44,417 nt of DNA from Saprolegnia diclina VS20. Taxonomy: Eukaryota. How positions within the stretch are numbered: position 1 is the stretch's first letter; each line of letters starts with the position of its first letter. The notes under the pieces are model-generated. The model was given only the letters and a program-made list of their open reading frames with translations. It was not told the DNA's origin and searched no databases. Location: NCBI RefSeq assembly GCF_000281045.1, contig NW_008246079.1, positions 573,813 through 618,229 of the forward strand. The letters run 5' to 3'. A program made the position numbers and the translations under genes. Below are positions 1-10,238 of the stretch, piece by piece.

Positions 1-21
1 GCTCATGCCCGCCATATGCAG

Positions 22-128
22 GTGCGTCGAGAAGAAGAACCAGGAAAGCGGCGGTCTCCGCGACGGCGACGAGTGCGAAGACGAGATCAAGGCCTACAAG
101 GACTGCCGGCAAGCGCACAAGAAGGCCA
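22..128 (+). CDS. Partial exon of a small CX9C (CHCH-type) protein, truncated by the assembly gap
   Basis: Acceptor-like TATGCAG ends at 21, then CVEKKNQESGGLRDGDECEDEIKAYKDCRQAHKKA, which contains C-X9-C (CEDEIKAYKDC). The 5' part lies outside the window and the 3' part falls in the Ns. Confidence 0.5.
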
Positions 129-303
129 NNNNNNNNNNNNNNNNNNNNNNNNNNNNNNNNNNNNNNNNNNNNNNNNNNNNNNNNNNNNNNNNNNNNNNNN
201 NNNNNNNNNNNNNNNNNNNNNNNNNNNNNNNNNNNNNNNNNNNNNNNNNNNNNNNNNNNNNNNNNNNNNNNNNNNNNNNNNNNNNNNNNNNNNNNNNNNN
301 NNN
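129..303. other. Assembly gap (175 N)
   Basis: Run of N characters. Confidence 1.
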
Positions 304-441
304 CGATTGAGCCTTGTCCATCGCGCGTCCCGACACTGGTCCTGGCGCTTCTTGTGTGCATGGTGCCATAACGGCGCGGGACGCAGGCATCTCGATAGAC
401 ATATATATATTGAGGATGATGTTGGCGGATGACGTTGCCTT

Positions 442-837
442 TTATGCTTGGACGACGCTGGGTATGGTTTCGTAGCTACTATTGTTGCTGTAATGGTACG
501 TACTGGTCACGTTGGAGAGGCCGCGGCTCCCGCGCGAGTTGGTGTTTGCACGCGGTCGCCGTACGCGGAGGTTCTCAGCGAGGAACGCATCGGGCACCGG
601 AATCGCTTCCAGCGACCCGGCGCGTGGGCGCTTCTTGGCTTTGCCCATGTAGCCATGCGCCTCGGTGGACTTGGCGAGGTACTCGGACTCGAGCGCGCTG
701 GCGCTGGCGTCGAGGTACATCGTCAGGTGGTCGCCAGCCGCGGTCATCTTGCGCCTCTTCAGATCTGCCTCGTCGGCCTCCACGCCACTGGCGCCTGGAC
801 ACCATGCGCACGCGGGCGATCCCTGTACCGCGCCCAT
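442..837 (-). CDS. Small hypothetical protein (131 aa)
   Basis: ATG-to-stop ORF with C/G-ending codon bias like neighbouring genes. N-terminus is MGAVQGSPACAWC and it has two RxRxxS/T motifs (RPRAGS, RPRANT). No recognised domain. Confidence 0.55.
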   Translation of the reverse strand: MGAVQGSPACAWCPGASGVEADEADLKRRKMTAAGDHLTMYLDASASALESEYLAKSTEAHGYMGKAKKRPRAGSLEAIPVPDAFLAENLRVRRPRANTNSRGSRGLSNVTSTYHYSNNSSYETIPSVVQA

Positions 838-1047
838 GCCCGCTTCCGGACCGTCACTTCAATGGGCGAATATGGTACCGACCTGCGGTGCCCCGGGGCC
901 CACATGGATCGCTAGCATATAGTGTGGGATTGCATGTACACTATATTCAGTACATCTTACCAGTGATCTCACCACAACTCACGAACCTCGAGAGCTCGTT
1001 GTGCCACGTGTCTGTACCCTGAGTGACGAAACACTCGTTGACATTAG

Positions 1048-1925
1048 AATCTCTACCCAACGACTTGCTGTGGCAACTCGCCTCGCCCACTGCCGCATGA
1101 CCAAAAGCTGCTTGCAGCCGACCACGCCACATCGATTGGGACGAGCGCTGGAGGAACGTCGCCTGTCCGCACCAGCACCGCGACTGTAGCGACCTGGATT
1201 TGCCTCGTCCGGCGCCCAAGCTCACTACGCTGCTGCAGCAACTCGACAACGCGGCGAGACAAAGTCGGTCGTGACGTCAGCAACTCGCCGCCACCTCGCT
1301 CGGCCTATCACGCCTTTTCTTGGGCGTACCAAGTCTGTGGTCAAGAACCTCGACGTCGACGATATTCTCGACCACGTCAGTGTCAAGGAGCTCGTCATGG
1401 ACGTGTCCAACCAGACAATTCGCCGCAGATGCGCACGCGAGATTTTTCGCGCTACGCCGGTCAAGCACAGCGATGAAGAGCTACGAGGCGTCGGTCCAGC
1501 GCTCCATCCAAGCGAAGGAGTTCGAGGTGCCGGAGCCTTCGTCTCGAGCCCAAGGGCAGCAGGCGACCGTCGACATTACATGGTTCAAGGAGGCCCGAAA
1601 GCGCCGGCGCAACGAGCCGGACGTGGCTCTTTCACGTCGACCCAAGCGACAGACTAGCGATCACTCACGCGACGATCGCAAGTCAGGGCTCCTCGAAGAC
1701 GTGTCACTTCACGATGGTGTCGCGGCAGCAGACCAAGATCAAGGCTATCAACGACCGCCAGGGCGCAGCCATGGCACGTCTCGAGGCCGATGCCAGCTTC
1801 CAAGCGACTGTGCTGCCTTGTACGTCAACGGCGCGCTTGCGCCCACAAGTTTGCTTCGAAACACTGGCTTGACGGTGGAGATGACGACCAAGTGCTGGTG
1901 CCGACTCCCACGCATTCAGGCGTAG
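1048..1925 (+). pseudogene. Possible degenerate or unresolved coding remnant
   Basis: Protein-like stretches lie in different + frames (HIDWDERWRNVACPH..., KSVVKNLDVDDILDHVSVKELV..., AMKSYEASVQRSIQ...WFKEARKRRR). They are separated by stops or frame changes that I could not resolve with clean introns. Confidence 0.25.
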
Positions 1926-2008
1926 CGCTATGTATGCGACGTCTACGTGCAATAACGAAGATAACGCGGACCACGTTCGTATATATTTACAATATATAGT
2001 CTATTTTT

Positions 2009-5000
2009 CTATAATGCGTTGAGCGGCAAACAACGATGGTACGGATGAAAGGCGCTGCGTTTTGGCGCTGGAATCACGAGGAAGCGCCACATCTTGACGT
2101 CGAGGATGTACACATTTTGGCCAAAGGAAAGCGAGAGAATCCCAGCCATGGCGGCGCTCGCTGTGTCCAAAAAGTACTCGTGCTCGTACTTGTACAGCTC
2201 GAGAATGTAAAAGCTCTGCGCATTCAGCGCCAGCGTCGGCACGTCGTTCTTTGGTAAATACGGGCGCACGAGTCTCTCGGCCACATAGCAGCCAAAGACG
2301 CAGCCAAACGCAATCCCCACTGCCGTCAAGACGCGCGAGAGACTCCCTAAATGGACGACACCGCTCACGCAGACAAGAGCCGCATCCATGTCGACAAAGG
2401 CACACGTGCGTTGGAGCTGCGCACTCTGCGCCAGCGGCGACAGCAGTGTCCAGAAGAAGGTCACGCCCCACGCGAGCAGCGAGCTTTTGAACGCATAGTA
2501 CGGCGTGTACTGATGCGTGACGCAGCTAAAGACGTCGTTGAGGACATAGACGAGCCACGTGCTCTCGGCCGACGCCAGCAACACCTTGAACCACGGCAGA
2601 TGCGGCGACGCAAAGTGTGTGCCGGCGCCCAGTCGCACGAGCGTGAGCGTCGCCGTGTTGAGGAGGCAGAGGGCCGTGACGCTACGCACGATGAGGAAGC
2701 TCCGGCCGACCCAGACCATGCCCACGATGCGGTTAAGCTCAAAGAGGTTGAGGCCTTCGACGACGCCGCGCATGTGGAGTGTGTAGAGCAGCATGAGGCC
2801 CGCAATGGCAATCAGGACCCCGGAAATGTACTGTAAAATCGACTGCAAAAACGGTGCGTACGACGTGCGAATGACGCGTGGGTCCGGCGCCATCGAAAGC
2901 GGCTGCAGCGGTTGCGAGAGCGTGGTCAACGTGCCGTTGTCGCCCTGAAACGAGACGACCTCGCGCATGCCATTCGCCCACTCAAAGAGAAGAAGCCACG
3001 CATAGTAGTTCCACGGCCGGTCGTTCACCGCCAGCAAGTCGCTTTGCAATAGCGTCGCCATGTTCATGCTCGACATGTTGGGGTTCGCCATGTCCATGCC
3101 GGTGATGTTGAGGACGTACTGAAGCAGCTGGACGTCAAGTGCTTGGACCGCCGTGTAGGCGCTAATAGCGAGTGGCGCGAGGTCGGTGAACGCGGCCGCA
3201 TGCTGCTGCAGAAAGTTCTCGGCGACGGTATATTTGGCAACGCAGTCGCTGTCGAGGTACGTGTTGAGCGTGCAAATCGCGCGCCAGTCGACGTCCGGAG
3301 CTAAATGCAAGGTCGCGTTGAAGCCGAGGGTCGCAAAAAGCACGTGGTTGATCGAGGGCTCCATGTTGTCGGTCACAAACGTATTGCAAAAGCTCGCATC
3401 GGCAAACCCGACGCCATAGCCCATAAAGAATGGACCGCCGACTTGGTTGACGGGGCAAAAAATATTGCCGCCGACCGCGATGATCGTCATCGGAGTCGCG
3501 AGCCAAAGCGACGGCACTGCAATGACGAGCGGCGACGTCGGAATACTGAGGTAGCTGGCTTGGAGCATCGATGCATTGGCGCCTGTCGTGAGAATCGCGA
3601 CGGCCGTGAGAAGACCACGGTACAGCTGGAGCACTGGCGTTGGGCAGAGGACGTAGAGCATGTCGACAGCGTTAAAAGGACCGAGCGCGGCCGACAACGC
3701 GACATAGCCCCCTTGCAGCGGCGCGGACAGCGTCAAGTTGTCAACGAGCAGGTCCTGGCGACTTTTGTTGGTAAACGCAAAGTGCGGACTGGACCGGAGC
3801 AGACTCAAGCCACCAATGACTGTCTGGTTGCTACGACCAATGGCCCAGAGATCGCTGGCAAAGCCCCAGTACATGACCATGGAGGTTTGTCGCGTCGGAT
3901 GAAACGACGCTGCGACTTGCGCCAGGGGCAAGGGAAAGCGCAGGTCGAGCGCATTCTCAACGAGAAGGCTATCGTCAAACCCGATCGTCTTGTAGTTTTG
4001 CCACTGCAGTGTAAACTCCGAGACATTGGCGCGGCGCCAGAGTGCCACTTCGTCCGCAACCTCGTTGGTCACACGTGTGGTCTGCTGAAGCCACGCTTTG
4101 CCGTAGCTGCTGCGCCCGACCTCGGTGACGATACCAGAAGCAAATGCGTCGCCCCAGCACGAGTCGAACGCGTCCCAGTCATGCACATTGCGCAGAGCGG
4201 TTTCGAGAAAGACGGCGCCGTTGCGGGTCATGTGGCGACAGCGCTCTTGGCGCTTGGCCGTGCTCGCCATCTCCCAGACGCGGCCCAAGTCGAGGTAGCA
4301 GTACTGCGTCGCCATCCACGGAAGCTGGCACGGGTGCATCGCCCGTAGCCCTGTGATCGCCGCCTCCAACGTACTCACGTTTGGGTGGAAGAGCGCGCGG
4401 CGGGTGGCGGTGGCCGCCGACATGAGCGCGCTCGGCTGGGACCCGTCGTACGCGGTAAAATAATCAATGTGCTTGGTGCTCTCGAGCTCGAGGAGAGACG
4501 AGGGGCCCACGAGAAGCTCGGCGTTGACACGCGTCGCAAGAAACGCGTAGGCCCCCGAGGTGTTGAAGTTGGCCCAGAAAAAATCGTTGGCCATGTAGTC
4601 GGCAGCGATCGAGAGGTATGCGACGTTGCTGACGAGCGTGCAGCCAATGTACACAAGGCCCGCGGCCAGGATGAAGGGCGCGGCTTTGGCCACGCGCGAC
4701 GCCGTGGCTTGGTGCTTGAACAGGATCGGCGAACCGTTGTTGGTCGTCGGCACCACCGTCAGCTTTTGGATGCTTGCACACCGACCGGCGGGCACGAGCA
4801 GCCACAACTTGATGCTGAAGAGCTGCTGCCACCAGGGCAGCCAGAGGAGGCCACACATGGCGGCGGTCACATCGTCGAGCTTTTCGTGCGTCGGGAAGAG
4901 CTTGAGAACCATCGGCGGCAAGAGCAGCGGCGGTTGCTCGTGCGACTGCAACGACTCGCGACACAAAAAGGAGCCAACGGTGGCGACAAGGACACTGCCG

Positions 5001-7252
5001 AGCTGAACGCCAAGAATCATGAGCACGCGGGTACAGCTGCCAATACGGACGCTCCCAGCCTCGCAGTGGAGGGCCATGTCCATGTCGGTCGCGGTACATG
5101 CATGCGCAATGCTGGCCTCGATCGACACGGGCGACGCGACGTCGAGGAGCACGATGACGCACCACGCTGCACCGGCGGTCCACTTGTGTAAGGACTCGAG
5201 CAGGATCGGGTGCAAACACTCTTGCGCGACAAACAACAGCCAGAGCGTCTCGCCCGCGAGGAACATGCTCGTCCACAGCGACCGGTGGTCCTGCACGAGG
5301 GTGCGCGTCGCGCCCTGCGTCCATGGCACGACCGGGGCGCTCGACAAGCACACGGCTGCGAGAAGCGCACGCACAAAGAGAAGGCCCCAGTTGAGGTAAA
5401 TCGACGACGAGATCCGGTGAAAATGGAACCAGTGGGGCGTGCACTGCGCCCGACCGAGCGTATATAGCACTAGAATGATGCTCGCCACGAGCACGAGCAC
5501 GACGGACGTGAGGAGTGCCGAGTACCAGAGGTACGCGCCGACGCTCGCACTCGTGATGGCGCTCCGGGGCGCGACCACGGCCGGATACGCCGCCGACATG
5601 AGCCGTAGGGTGCCATGGTCACCTTCAAACGCGACCACTTCGCGGTTGCCGTGTGCCCAGTCGTAGAGGCTGAGCCACCCAAAGGGCGCCCACACATTGT
5701 CATCGTCCAACAGCGGCTGTGTCGCGAGCGATATGTTGTTGGGGTGGGTCATCGGGGCGAGAAACTGAGCGATCGACACGGCCCAGTCCTTGGCGTCGTC
5801 GGGTACGCGAAGGGTGGACGGTGTGAACTGCGACAAAGCGTGTAGCGTGCGGGCGACAGCGATGGCGCACGTCGGTGCTTGGTGTGCACAGAACGCGGAC
5901 GACGATGCTAGCGGCGTCAGCGATGCAGCAAAAAGCCCGCTAAAGGGCGTCCACGAATACGTCAACGGCAGCTGGACGACACACGCGTCATCAAAAGCGA
6001 ACGACTCTTGGATCAGCGGCAGTGGGTTGCCGTAGCCGCAGAGCGGGCTGCCTCCGTACGACAAGTGGCCAGTCCATGCGACCGGCGCGGGGAGCACAGC
6101 GGTGGACGCAGGGACCAAGGCCATGGCAGTCGCAAACGTTGTGCTGTCTCGGAGCGTGTTCAAAACGTGCGTGTCGAATGCAGCCACAAGCGCTGTCAAC
6201 GACGTTGGTGGCACGATGTAGCGCAGACGAATGTTGGTGAGGAAATCGAGCGTCGCATGCAGAACGCGGTTCACAGGGCTAATGTTGCCGAGGAGGAAGA
6301 GCTCGACCATGGCCGGGTCCGTGTCGGCAAAGAAGCCTGGTGTGTTGCGCACGAGACTCATATTCGGCGCCATCATGAGTCCCATCAAGTCATATTGGAG
6401 CGTGCCGGTCAAGAAGGACGTTGTCCAGTCGGGCAGGCCGCGCTGGACCGACGGAATCGACTTGATCATGAGCGGGTGGACAATGCCGAGGGCATTTACG
6501 ATCCCGATGGATTCTTGGACCCCGATGCGCACGCGGTTCGAATACAAAAGCTGAAACGTGTCGATGTTGCTCTGCTTCCAGACCGCAACTTCGTCGTCAA
6601 CCGGAAGCCACGTATAGTGCTGGATACCACGCACGTAGGCACTGCCGGCCGGCGAACTCTGGCGGATCGGGTCGAAGAGGTACTTGTCGAGGTGGGTCGC
6701 GTCGTGGGCATACCACTCTTGAAAGGGAACATTGCGGAAGATTGTCTCCATGTACACGGCGCCGTTCTGGATATCGCGCTCGATGCAGCGGGCCATCGTG
6801 CGCTCCGAGGTCCCCAGCTCCCAAGCACGACCAAAGTCGACCCAGCAGTACTTGGCCGCGAGGTACTTGATCAAGGCCACGTCGAGCGCACGAAGACTGC
6901 GCACAGCAGCGACCGGCTTCGTCAAGTCGTCGTACAAGAGGCGGCGTCCGTAGCTGCTGGGCACCGTGTCTGAAAAGTCTGTCGGCAGCGAGAGCGAGAG
7001 GAGGTCGAGCGATCGACCAACACGCGTGTTGAGCTGCGTGTTGAGAAGCGCAAGAAGCACACGGGACGTACCCTCGGTCGCAAAGCCCGTCCAAAAGTAG
7101 TCGTTGGCGACATACGGCGTAAAGAGCACGAGGCAGTAGAGACTCCAGCCCGTCGAGACGAGAACGTAGCCGAGGCCGACCCACTGCAGCAGTCGCGCGT
7201 ACGAGCTGCGGCGCACGGGCACCTCAAACATGGTAGGGCTGCCGTGCTGCAT
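2009..7252 (-). CDS. Large intronless polytopic membrane protein (1747 aa) of an uncharacterised oomycete-type family, made of two homologous halves
   Basis: Uninterrupted ORF with many hydrophobic helices. Motifs occur twice: ANDYFW/ANDFFW, YCWVDFGRAWE/YCYLDLGRVWE, NGAVYMETIFRNV/NGAVFLETALRNV, LYDWAHGNREVVAFEGDHG/LFEWANGMREVVSFQGDNG. Confidence 0.9.
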   Translation of the reverse strand: MQHGSPTMFEVPVRRSSYARLLQWVGLGYVLVSTGWSLYCLVLFTPYVANDYFWTGFATEGTSRVLLALLNTQLNTRVGRSLDLLSLSLPTDFSDTVPSSYGRRLLYDDLTKPVAAVRSLRALDVALIKYLAAKYCWVDFGRAWELGTSERTMARCIERDIQNGAVYMETIFRNVPFQEWYAHDATHLDKYLFDPIRQSSPAGSAYVRGIQHYTWLPVDDEVAVWKQSNIDTFQLLYSNRVRIGVQESIGIVNALGIVHPLMIKSIPSVQRGLPDWTTSFLTGTLQYDLMGLMMAPNMSLVRNTPGFFADTDPAMVELFLLGNISPVNRVLHATLDFLTNIRLRYIVPPTSLTALVAAFDTHVLNTLRDSTTFATAMALVPASTAVLPAPVAWTGHLSYGGSPLCGYGNPLPLIQESFAFDDACVVQLPLTYSWTPFSGLFAASLTPLASSSAFCAHQAPTCAIAVARTLHALSQFTPSTLRVPDDAKDWAVSIAQFLAPMTHPNNISLATQPLLDDDNVWAPFGWLSLYDWAHGNREVVAFEGDHGTLRLMSAAYPAVVAPRSAITSASVGAYLWYSALLTSVVLVLVASIILVLYTLGRAQCTPHWFHFHRISSSIYLNWGLLFVRALLAAVCLSSAPVVPWTQGATRTLVQDHRSLWTSMFLAGETLWLLFVAQECLHPILLESLHKWTAGAAWCVIVLLDVASPVSIEASIAHACTATDMDMALHCEAGSVRIGSCTRVLMILGVQLGSVLVATVGSFLCRESLQSHEQPPLLLPPMVLKLFPTHEKLDDVTAAMCGLLWLPWWQQLFSIKLWLLVPAGRCASIQKLTVVPTTNNGSPILFKHQATASRVAKAAPFILAAGLVYIGCTLVSNVAYLSIAADYMANDFFWANFNTSGAYAFLATRVNAELLVGPSSLLELESTKHIDYFTAYDGSQPSALMSAATATRRALFHPNVSTLEAAITGLRAMHPCQLPWMATQYCYLDLGRVWEMASTAKRQERCRHMTRNGAVFLETALRNVHDWDAFDSCWGDAFASGIVTEVGRSSYGKAWLQQTTRVTNEVADEVALWRRANVSEFTLQWQNYKTIGFDDSLLVENALDLRFPLPLAQVAASFHPTRQTSMVMYWGFASDLWAIGRSNQTVIGGLSLLRSSPHFAFTNKSRQDLLVDNLTLSAPLQGGYVALSAALGPFNAVDMLYVLCPTPVLQLYRGLLTAVAILTTGANASMLQASYLSIPTSPLVIAVPSLWLATPMTIIAVGGNIFCPVNQVGGPFFMGYGVGFADASFCNTFVTDNMEPSINHVLFATLGFNATLHLAPDVDWRAICTLNTYLDSDCVAKYTVAENFLQQHAAAFTDLAPLAISAYTAVQALDVQLLQYVLNITGMDMANPNMSSMNMATLLQSDLLAVNDRPWNYYAWLLLFEWANGMREVVSFQGDNGTLTTLSQPLQPLSMAPDPRVIRTSYAPFLQSILQYISGVLIAIAGLMLLYTLHMRGVVEGLNLFELNRIVGMVWVGRSFLIVRSVTALCLLNTATLTLVRLGAGTHFASPHLPWFKVLLASAESTWLVYVLNDVFSCVTHQYTPYYAFKSSLLAWGVTFFWTLLSPLAQSAQLQRTCAFVDMDAALVCVSGVVHLGSLSRVLTAVGIAFGCVFGCYVAERLVRPYLPKNDVPTLALNAQSFYILELYKYEHEYFLDTASAAMAGILSLSFGQNVYILDVKMWRFLVIPAPKRSAFHPYHRCLPLNAL

Positions 7253-7989
7253 TTGTCTGTATCACTGACAAGCCAAAGAACTACTCGATCTCCGCAAATG
7301 TGCAAACTGGGAAAGTACGTTTTTAGAAAGTACAATTCGTGGATATGCAATGAGACAGAAATAGCCTCAAAACCACCACCGCAGCAATCATGCCGAGCCG
7401 TCGAGATGGTCGGCGACGGAAGCATTCTTCTAGGAGCTACAAGTATGCCTCGCGTTTCGCGGGGCATGTTGGTACGATCGAAACAGCGCATCGTTACGAG
7501 AGCGACAGGCTCAAGTTCGCGCGCTCTTCGCCTCGGGGGTTTCGTTTTCTTATTGGTGCCACCCAGGGATGTGTATGGAAGGCATTTTGTGCCGCCTACG
7601 ATCTGAATTGCAACATATTGATGGCGCCATCAACCTCGGCTGTCAAGGACACCGACCCGAGTCGTGCCGCGCGTGCCTTCCACCCGTGCCTTGCAGTCTC
7701 TGGTTCACTGAATGAGTCGTTGTACTTGATGGACGACCTGGGTGAGGAAGACTCTCATGTTGTCATGCGGGCGCAGCTTTGACACCACAAGTCTTTGATC
7801 ACGCCATGCCTCGTGGCTATAAGCACGAAACCGGCAACTGTTTGCGACTGCGTGTTAGACTCGTACTCAGCGGTATCAACTAAACCACATTGTGTTTTGA
7901 TTCAACGTTAGAAGTGGGCTACACAACACGCTCGCCGCCGAAGCGGGTGGACGCGAGCTGCTCGAGTGCAAGGGACATGCAGCGGCCAT

Positions 7990-8535
7990 TTAGTGGTGGT
8001 ACTTCTCCGGTACTGTCTTGTCCGAGCCACCAAACGCAGCGGGCAAGTCGACGTACTTGGGCAAGCCGTCGAGAACGTTCGTGTTGCCCGAGGTGTAAAA
8101 GATGTGCATCGCTGGCGCAAAACCCGGCGCGATCTTACCGTCCGGGCCGTGGTTTGGGCTCGTGAACGAATCGTTGTAGATCGCCTTGTGGTTCAGATGG
8201 TGCAAGTGCGCATACACCTTGGACGAACAAATCTTGCACGAGAAGCGCTCTTCGCGGCCGGTCGTGTGGCTCACGATGTGGTCATGGCCCTTCGTGACCG
8301 AGAGCGCGTCGACATCAAAGCCCGCGAGCGACGCGTAGGACGCGCTGAGCGCTCGGCGGCACTGCGAGCAGTGGCAGTTGACAACCCACTTTGGCGCTGT
8401 CGTCGTCGCCACTTGGCATGCGCCGCAGAGGCACGACGCCTTGCAGCCCGTGGACGTACCAAGGCCGCGACACGTCGCGCGGTAGACGGGCAGGCGAGAG
8501 GCGTGCGCTGTGCGAAAGGCGCGAGCGAGCATCAT
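7990..8535 (-). CDS. GFA (glutathione-dependent formaldehyde-activating)/CENP-V/Mss4-like Zn protein with a likely mitochondrial presequence
   Basis: Family Cys pattern SCLCGA...NCHCSQCRR...RFSCKICSS plus PAMHIFY. The N-terminus MMLARAFRTAHASRLPVYRATCR is Arg/Ala-rich and free of acidic residues. Confidence 0.85.
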   Translation of the reverse strand: MMLARAFRTAHASRLPVYRATCRGLGTSTGCKASCLCGACQVATTTAPKWVVNCHCSQCRRALSASYASLAGFDVDALSVTKGHDHIVSHTTGREERFSCKICSSKVYAHLHHLNHKAIYNDSFTSPNHGPDGKIAPGFAPAMHIFYTSGNTNVLDGLPKYVDLPAAFGGSDKTVPEKYHH

Positions 8536-8771
8536 GATGGCGCTGTGGTGATTTGGATATGAGGACGATCGGAAGATCGCAAATATCGAAGTCCGGATAG
8601 GGTGTCCGGATGAGGCACAGCAACTTCAACTTCAACGTGTCCAACAAGATCTCAGTGCTGGGCAGAGTCCCCGAGTCCAGTAAGTTAGTACATTTGTAGT
8701 ATACATGTATTACACAACGTTGGAGCAAACGAAGCTTTCTCCATATATCTATACTATAGGATAGAGCGAGA

Positions 8772-10238
8772 CTACGGCGTGGTCTTTTGCGGGTATGCGG
8801 AATTCTTCATCTTGGCCGCGTCGAGGCTGATGCCCATGTGGGTGTTGAACCCGAGCGGGCACATCTTGGCCTTGATCTCGGTGAGCACTTGGTTGGCGTA
8901 CTTGGTCATCGTGCACTGCAGCCATACGTTGTGGCGCTTGGTCTGTAGGTCCCGCTCCGACAAGCCCAACGTCGCTAGCTTGGTCCACTCGGTGGCTGGC
9001 GGCACTTCAAGCAGCATGCTGTCGCACTCGGTAAGGTCCGTCGGCAGCCGATGCTTGGTGTACCAGTAGCCAGAATGAATATCGTCGCCGGCACCATAGT
9101 ACATGGCGTAATGGATGCCGATCGGCGGGTCTTCGGGCAGCACCATATCGAACGGGTCCGCGCACGGGTTGGGGGTCGACGGCGGGAGGAAATCCCAGTG
9201 CTCCGTATTGTGAAAGCTGCACGTCGCGGGTCCCAAGTGCTTGAGCAGCGTGTGTTTGATGCCTTGGTTGGCGGCCGCGGCGCCATAGGCGTACATCTCG
9301 ACCATCCAGTCGTCTTGGTACTGCCGGCCTTTGACGGTGAAGGCTGCATAGTCGTCGACAAACCGATGCCAGTCCGAGCGCGTCATGATGTACGGCGTGC
9401 CCGCGGGCTCGTAAAACTCGAATGCATCCGCGGACGAGACGTTGGCGCACGGTCCGCTGCCGCACACGAGCTGCTTCATCGTCGCGTTGTGGTCGTTGAA
9501 CCAGCGACCCCCGAGAAAAGCCTTCATGTTTTGAGCGAGCGCAACACCGTCGGCGACCGTGTCGGTGATGTCGGACGCGTTGCGCAGCGTCGTGTTTTGG
9601 TAATACGGGCCCCACGAGGCGCCCAAGTTGATGCGGAGGGGCTTGAAGAGGACGTAGTCGGCGTCGATGAGTGCAATGGACAAGTTGTCCTGTCGCGCGC
9701 CGTGCTGCAAAAAGTGACGCAGACCAAACGGCTTGTTGTACGCGACGTAGTGGTCTTTGCCTTGAAGTGCAAAGTCGGGTGCAAAGTGGTAGCGGAAATC
9801 GTAGTAGAACGTCGGTAGCGCCGAGAGCCGCACCATTTCGTCGGCGCTGCAGCCGTGAACAATCTCGGTCAATGGCCCGCGGTGACCCACGCGTGAGAGC
9901 GAGACCTGCAAGCTCGACGAGAGAAAGTGACGCTTGCCTTGGTTGCAACTCGTTGTGAAAACAAGGTGCACATGCGTGTGCTCGTCCAGCGCCTGCGAGA
10001 GCGAGTACGTCTCGGGCGAAAGCTGTCGCTGCGGCGCGGCCATAAGCACGTCGGGCTCGGCGGCGGCCACAAGCATGTCGGGTACGATCGCGGGCTCGGC
10101 GGCGAGTGCGACGACGGGCAGTGGCAGCGATGACGACCGCGCCACCAAGTGAACTTCGAACGAGAAGACCATAAAGGCCAACGCAAACGCCATGAGGCCC
10201 GCGGTGGCGACGGCGGCGGTGCGCTTGGTGACGGTCAT
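8772..10238 (-). CDS. Type II membrane glycosyltransferase, hydroxyproline O-arabinosyltransferase/peptidyl-serine galactosyltransferase (HPAT/SGT)-like
   Basis: N-terminal TM anchor and motifs HLVFTTSC, GPLTEIVHGC, DHYVAYNKPFGLRHFL, IALIDADYVLFKP (DxD), GTPYIM and WMVEMYAYGAAAA, as recalled for HPAT/SGT1-type GT-A enzymes. Confidence 0.75.
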   Translation of the reverse strand: MTVTKRTAAVATAGLMAFALAFMVFSFEVHLVARSSSLPLPVVALAAEPAIVPDMLVAAAEPDVLMAAPQRQLSPETYSLSQALDEHTHVHLVFTTSCNQGKRHFLSSSLQVSLSRVGHRGPLTEIVHGCSADEMVRLSALPTFYYDFRYHFAPDFALQGKDHYVAYNKPFGLRHFLQHGARQDNLSIALIDADYVLFKPLRINLGASWGPYYQNTTLRNASDITDTVADGVALAQNMKAFLGGRWFNDHNATMKQLVCGSGPCANVSSADAFEFYEPAGTPYIMTRSDWHRFVDDYAAFTVKGRQYQDDWMVEMYAYGAAAANQGIKHTLLKHLGPATCSFHNTEHWDFLPPSTPNPCADPFDMVLPEDPPIGIHYAMYYGAGDDIHSGYWYTKHRLPTDLTECDSMLLEVPPATEWTKLATLGLSERDLQTKRHNVWLQCTMTKYANQVLTEIKAKMCPLGFNTHMGISLDAAKMKNSAYPQKTTP

